From: Amoebidium appalachense
Lineage: Eukaryota; Protista; Ichthyosporea
Length of the DNA: 64,000 nt
Assembly: GCA_963693365.1 (NCBI GenBank)
Contig: CAVNZM010000015.1
Coordinates: 5,401,502-5,465,501 of the forward strand
Direction of reading: 5' to 3'
Under the pieces are notes generated by a model. That model saw only the letters and a program-made list of their open reading frames with translations. It did not search any database and was not told where the DNA came from. A program made the translations under genes and the position numbers. Below are positions 61,847-64,000 of this stretch, piece by piece; within the stretch, counting starts at the first letter, position 1, and every line of letters begins with the position of its first letter.

Positions 61847-62814
61847 TTCTAGAAAAGTTTTATTTACTTCCCCAACCTCCAACTCAGGTGGAACTAAGTT
61901 CCAGGCTTTACTGGTACTTTCTAAAAATTAACGGTATATTTAATTCCGAAAACAGTGTAATTTCCTGCCCTGTCGGGTACATTTAATTAAATATCTTTAT
62001 ACTACATTTATATCGATAACCACTCTCAAACCTTTTGGTGCTCTAATTTTTTTGTTGATTTATAATTTGCTATTCCTAATATGTTCTACATATAACGTAT
62101 TAATACTAGAATTTGTATTTAGTGTCGCAAGATAATAATTACGTATACACAGATAGCTGGCCTATTCACCATATCATTATCCAAAACCCCAACCACCCCA
62201 GTGCGTGAAAATTTGGGGGGATCGTGGCACAACATATTCTCTGTGCGCCGAGTTTCCAGTCAAAAGAAAAAAAGAGTTTACACTTCTCCGACGCACTTTT
62301 CACAGTTTTATTCCTGAGAATAAACCCTTGGGCAATTTCTCCACCGTTTGGCCGCTGAACTTAGACATAAACTGAAAAACTAGCTATAGTCAATAAGATG
62401 GATAAGGGATAAGGAGAGTACAGGAAATAACTACATAACAGGTGTTACAGTATATCTAAGACACCTTGCTAACATATATTCTCTCTCAAATTGGTAACGG
62501 TTACCGTTAAAACCATCGGAACACTGTCACCACTGAGGTGTCCTACCCGGTTGGTAAAATATAAATTGCACTTTCCGTAGCAATTCGCTCATGACTTCAT
62601 GCTTTATACATCTCCCCCGCTAGCACTAAACGGCAACTTCTTTCCATCTTCTTTTATGTTTTCAACACTCTCTTTTCACTTTCTTCAGTAACTCCTGTTC
62701 CTTTCATTAGTGTGGTGAAGACTAGGTTGCAAAAGCCCACCAAAACCTTTCACCAACAACAGTAGTACTCTGCCAGGTCGTGCTTTCTCTCCCAAACAGC
62801 AGCCAACCACCGAC

Positions 62815-63872
62815 ATGGATTTCCTCGACCGCTCTGACCCCTATTGGCTTGAGACTTACAACACCACCGACTCACCTCTCGACGACCCTCGGCTCTGGGA
62901 CACAGACATCCCTGCCGATAATTTCCCCCAAGCGAGACGAAACAGGAATGAGCGGTGGCCGGCACACTATGACCGTGAGCACGATGAAGATGTTCAAGAG
63001 GATGTGATGGGGTTGCGTAGATCTGCCTCATATGCGGACGTACCAGTGCGTACACGCGGCAGGTGGGGGAGGGAGAGTGGGGTTGAATGGGAAGATGGGA
63101 GGCAGTATTCCAGAAGCACACACGAGGGGTTGGACGCTGTGGAAGGGCGTGCACGTGGCACACTTGCACACAGAGAGGCGGCACGGTTTGCGCCAGAGGT
63201 GCCTCTGGGCACGTACACGGGGAGTCCACGTGGTGAACGTGCAGGGCAGGTGGCTGCGTTCTTTGATGACCTGGACAGGCAGCACCTGAGGAGGGGAGGG
63301 GGGAGGGGGGCAGAGCCGTATGCAAGGGTGAGAGGGGTGCAGAGTGAGTGGGGGGGCAGGGAGGTGCACTACGAGGAGGGATACAGGAGGGGGCACGCCG
63401 AGAGACAGCCAAGTGGCCTGCACTCGACAAAGGCCCTGCCCGGATACCCCTCCCCCCATGCCCCACGTGCACGTAGGTTCTCTGGGGAAGGGTCGGTTCA
63501 CTCCCCCCCCCTTACAGCCGCGCACGTGTTCTTCACAACAGCACCACCTCTCTTGATGGGTTAAGACGCCACAGCGCCCCTCTTGACGACCCCACAATCC
63601 CACTTCGCTCAGCAAACAGCCACCCCAGATTCGCAACATCAGAGCCACAGAAATCCCAGTTGGGGCCACGACGCGCGCCTATTCCCCGCCCCGTGTATGT
63701 TGAGGGGGTGGGGGTGGACGAAGGGGCGTCGCAGCTTTTTGCGCAAATATTGTCTATGCCCCTTAACCCACAACAGGAGGCGGTTGCCAGGCAGAGAAAG
63801 AGGCGGCTGTTTAGCGAGCTGGAGAGGAAGGTGGAGTGCAGAGTGTGCCAGAAGAGATATGCCAGTGTGAAG
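62815..63872 (+). CDS. C2H2 zinc-finger protein, 5' part; gene continues beyond the window
   Basis: Long first-exon ORF from ATG 62815. Exon 63777-63872 (TTAAC branch, CAG acceptor, GTGCGT donor) encodes EAVARQRKRRLFSELERKVECRVCQKRYASVK, a basic region plus the first half of a C2H2 finger. The His pair is not in the window and internal exon boundaries are uncertain. Confidence 0.6.
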
Positions 63873-64000
63873 GTGCGTGTGGTGCGATGTTTTGGTCGCG
63901 TGTGGTTGGGTTTGTTAAGTTTTGGAGACGTCTGCTGCTTTTGGGTTTATTTTGCTTTTGCTTGGCAGTGTTTGCATTGCAAAATTCATTCTAGTCTTAT

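Noticed and set aside
59240-62275. CAGTCAAAAGAA at 59248 (minus) and about 62257 (plus) as a TIR pair
   Set aside because: The two copies point outward rather than inward and the match is short and A-rich.

Overview
Eukaryotic nuclear DNA from an intron-rich unicellular organism. Introns are canonical GT-AG with CTAAC/CTGAC branch points and are packed with (CA)n/(TG)n, poly-C and poly-G. The intron style and an 18S rRNA fragment suggest a choanoflagellate or related holozoan, which is an unconfirmed inference. Nearly all ORF-track entries are microsatellite artefacts. Manual splicing gives four + strand genes: a GATA zinc-finger factor with a CX2CX20CX2C finger (6676-10028); a roughly 27-kb, ~32-exon KNL1/Spc105 kinetochore scaffold (14841-42019; SILK, RRVSF, MELT-like repeats, coiled coil, RWD-like end); an ERT1/AcuK/RDS2-like PAS-fold protein with no visible Zn2Cys6 cluster (47166-55111); and the 5' part of a C2H2 zinc-finger gene (from 62815). 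Also present are an internally deleted piggyBac-like transposon with atypical TG...CA ends and an ATTT target duplication (11123-13207), a non-autonomous relative (1003-2159), several intronic minisatellites including a 49-bp array with higher-order structure, and an isolated 117-bp 18S fragment. The best leads are the polarised introns (5' G/GT-rich, 3' C/AC-rich) that could fold back and substitute for a polypyrimidine tract, the KNL1 MELT-like motifs carried on phase-symmetric cassette exons with a visible exon duplication, and the non-TTAA piggyBac-like family.
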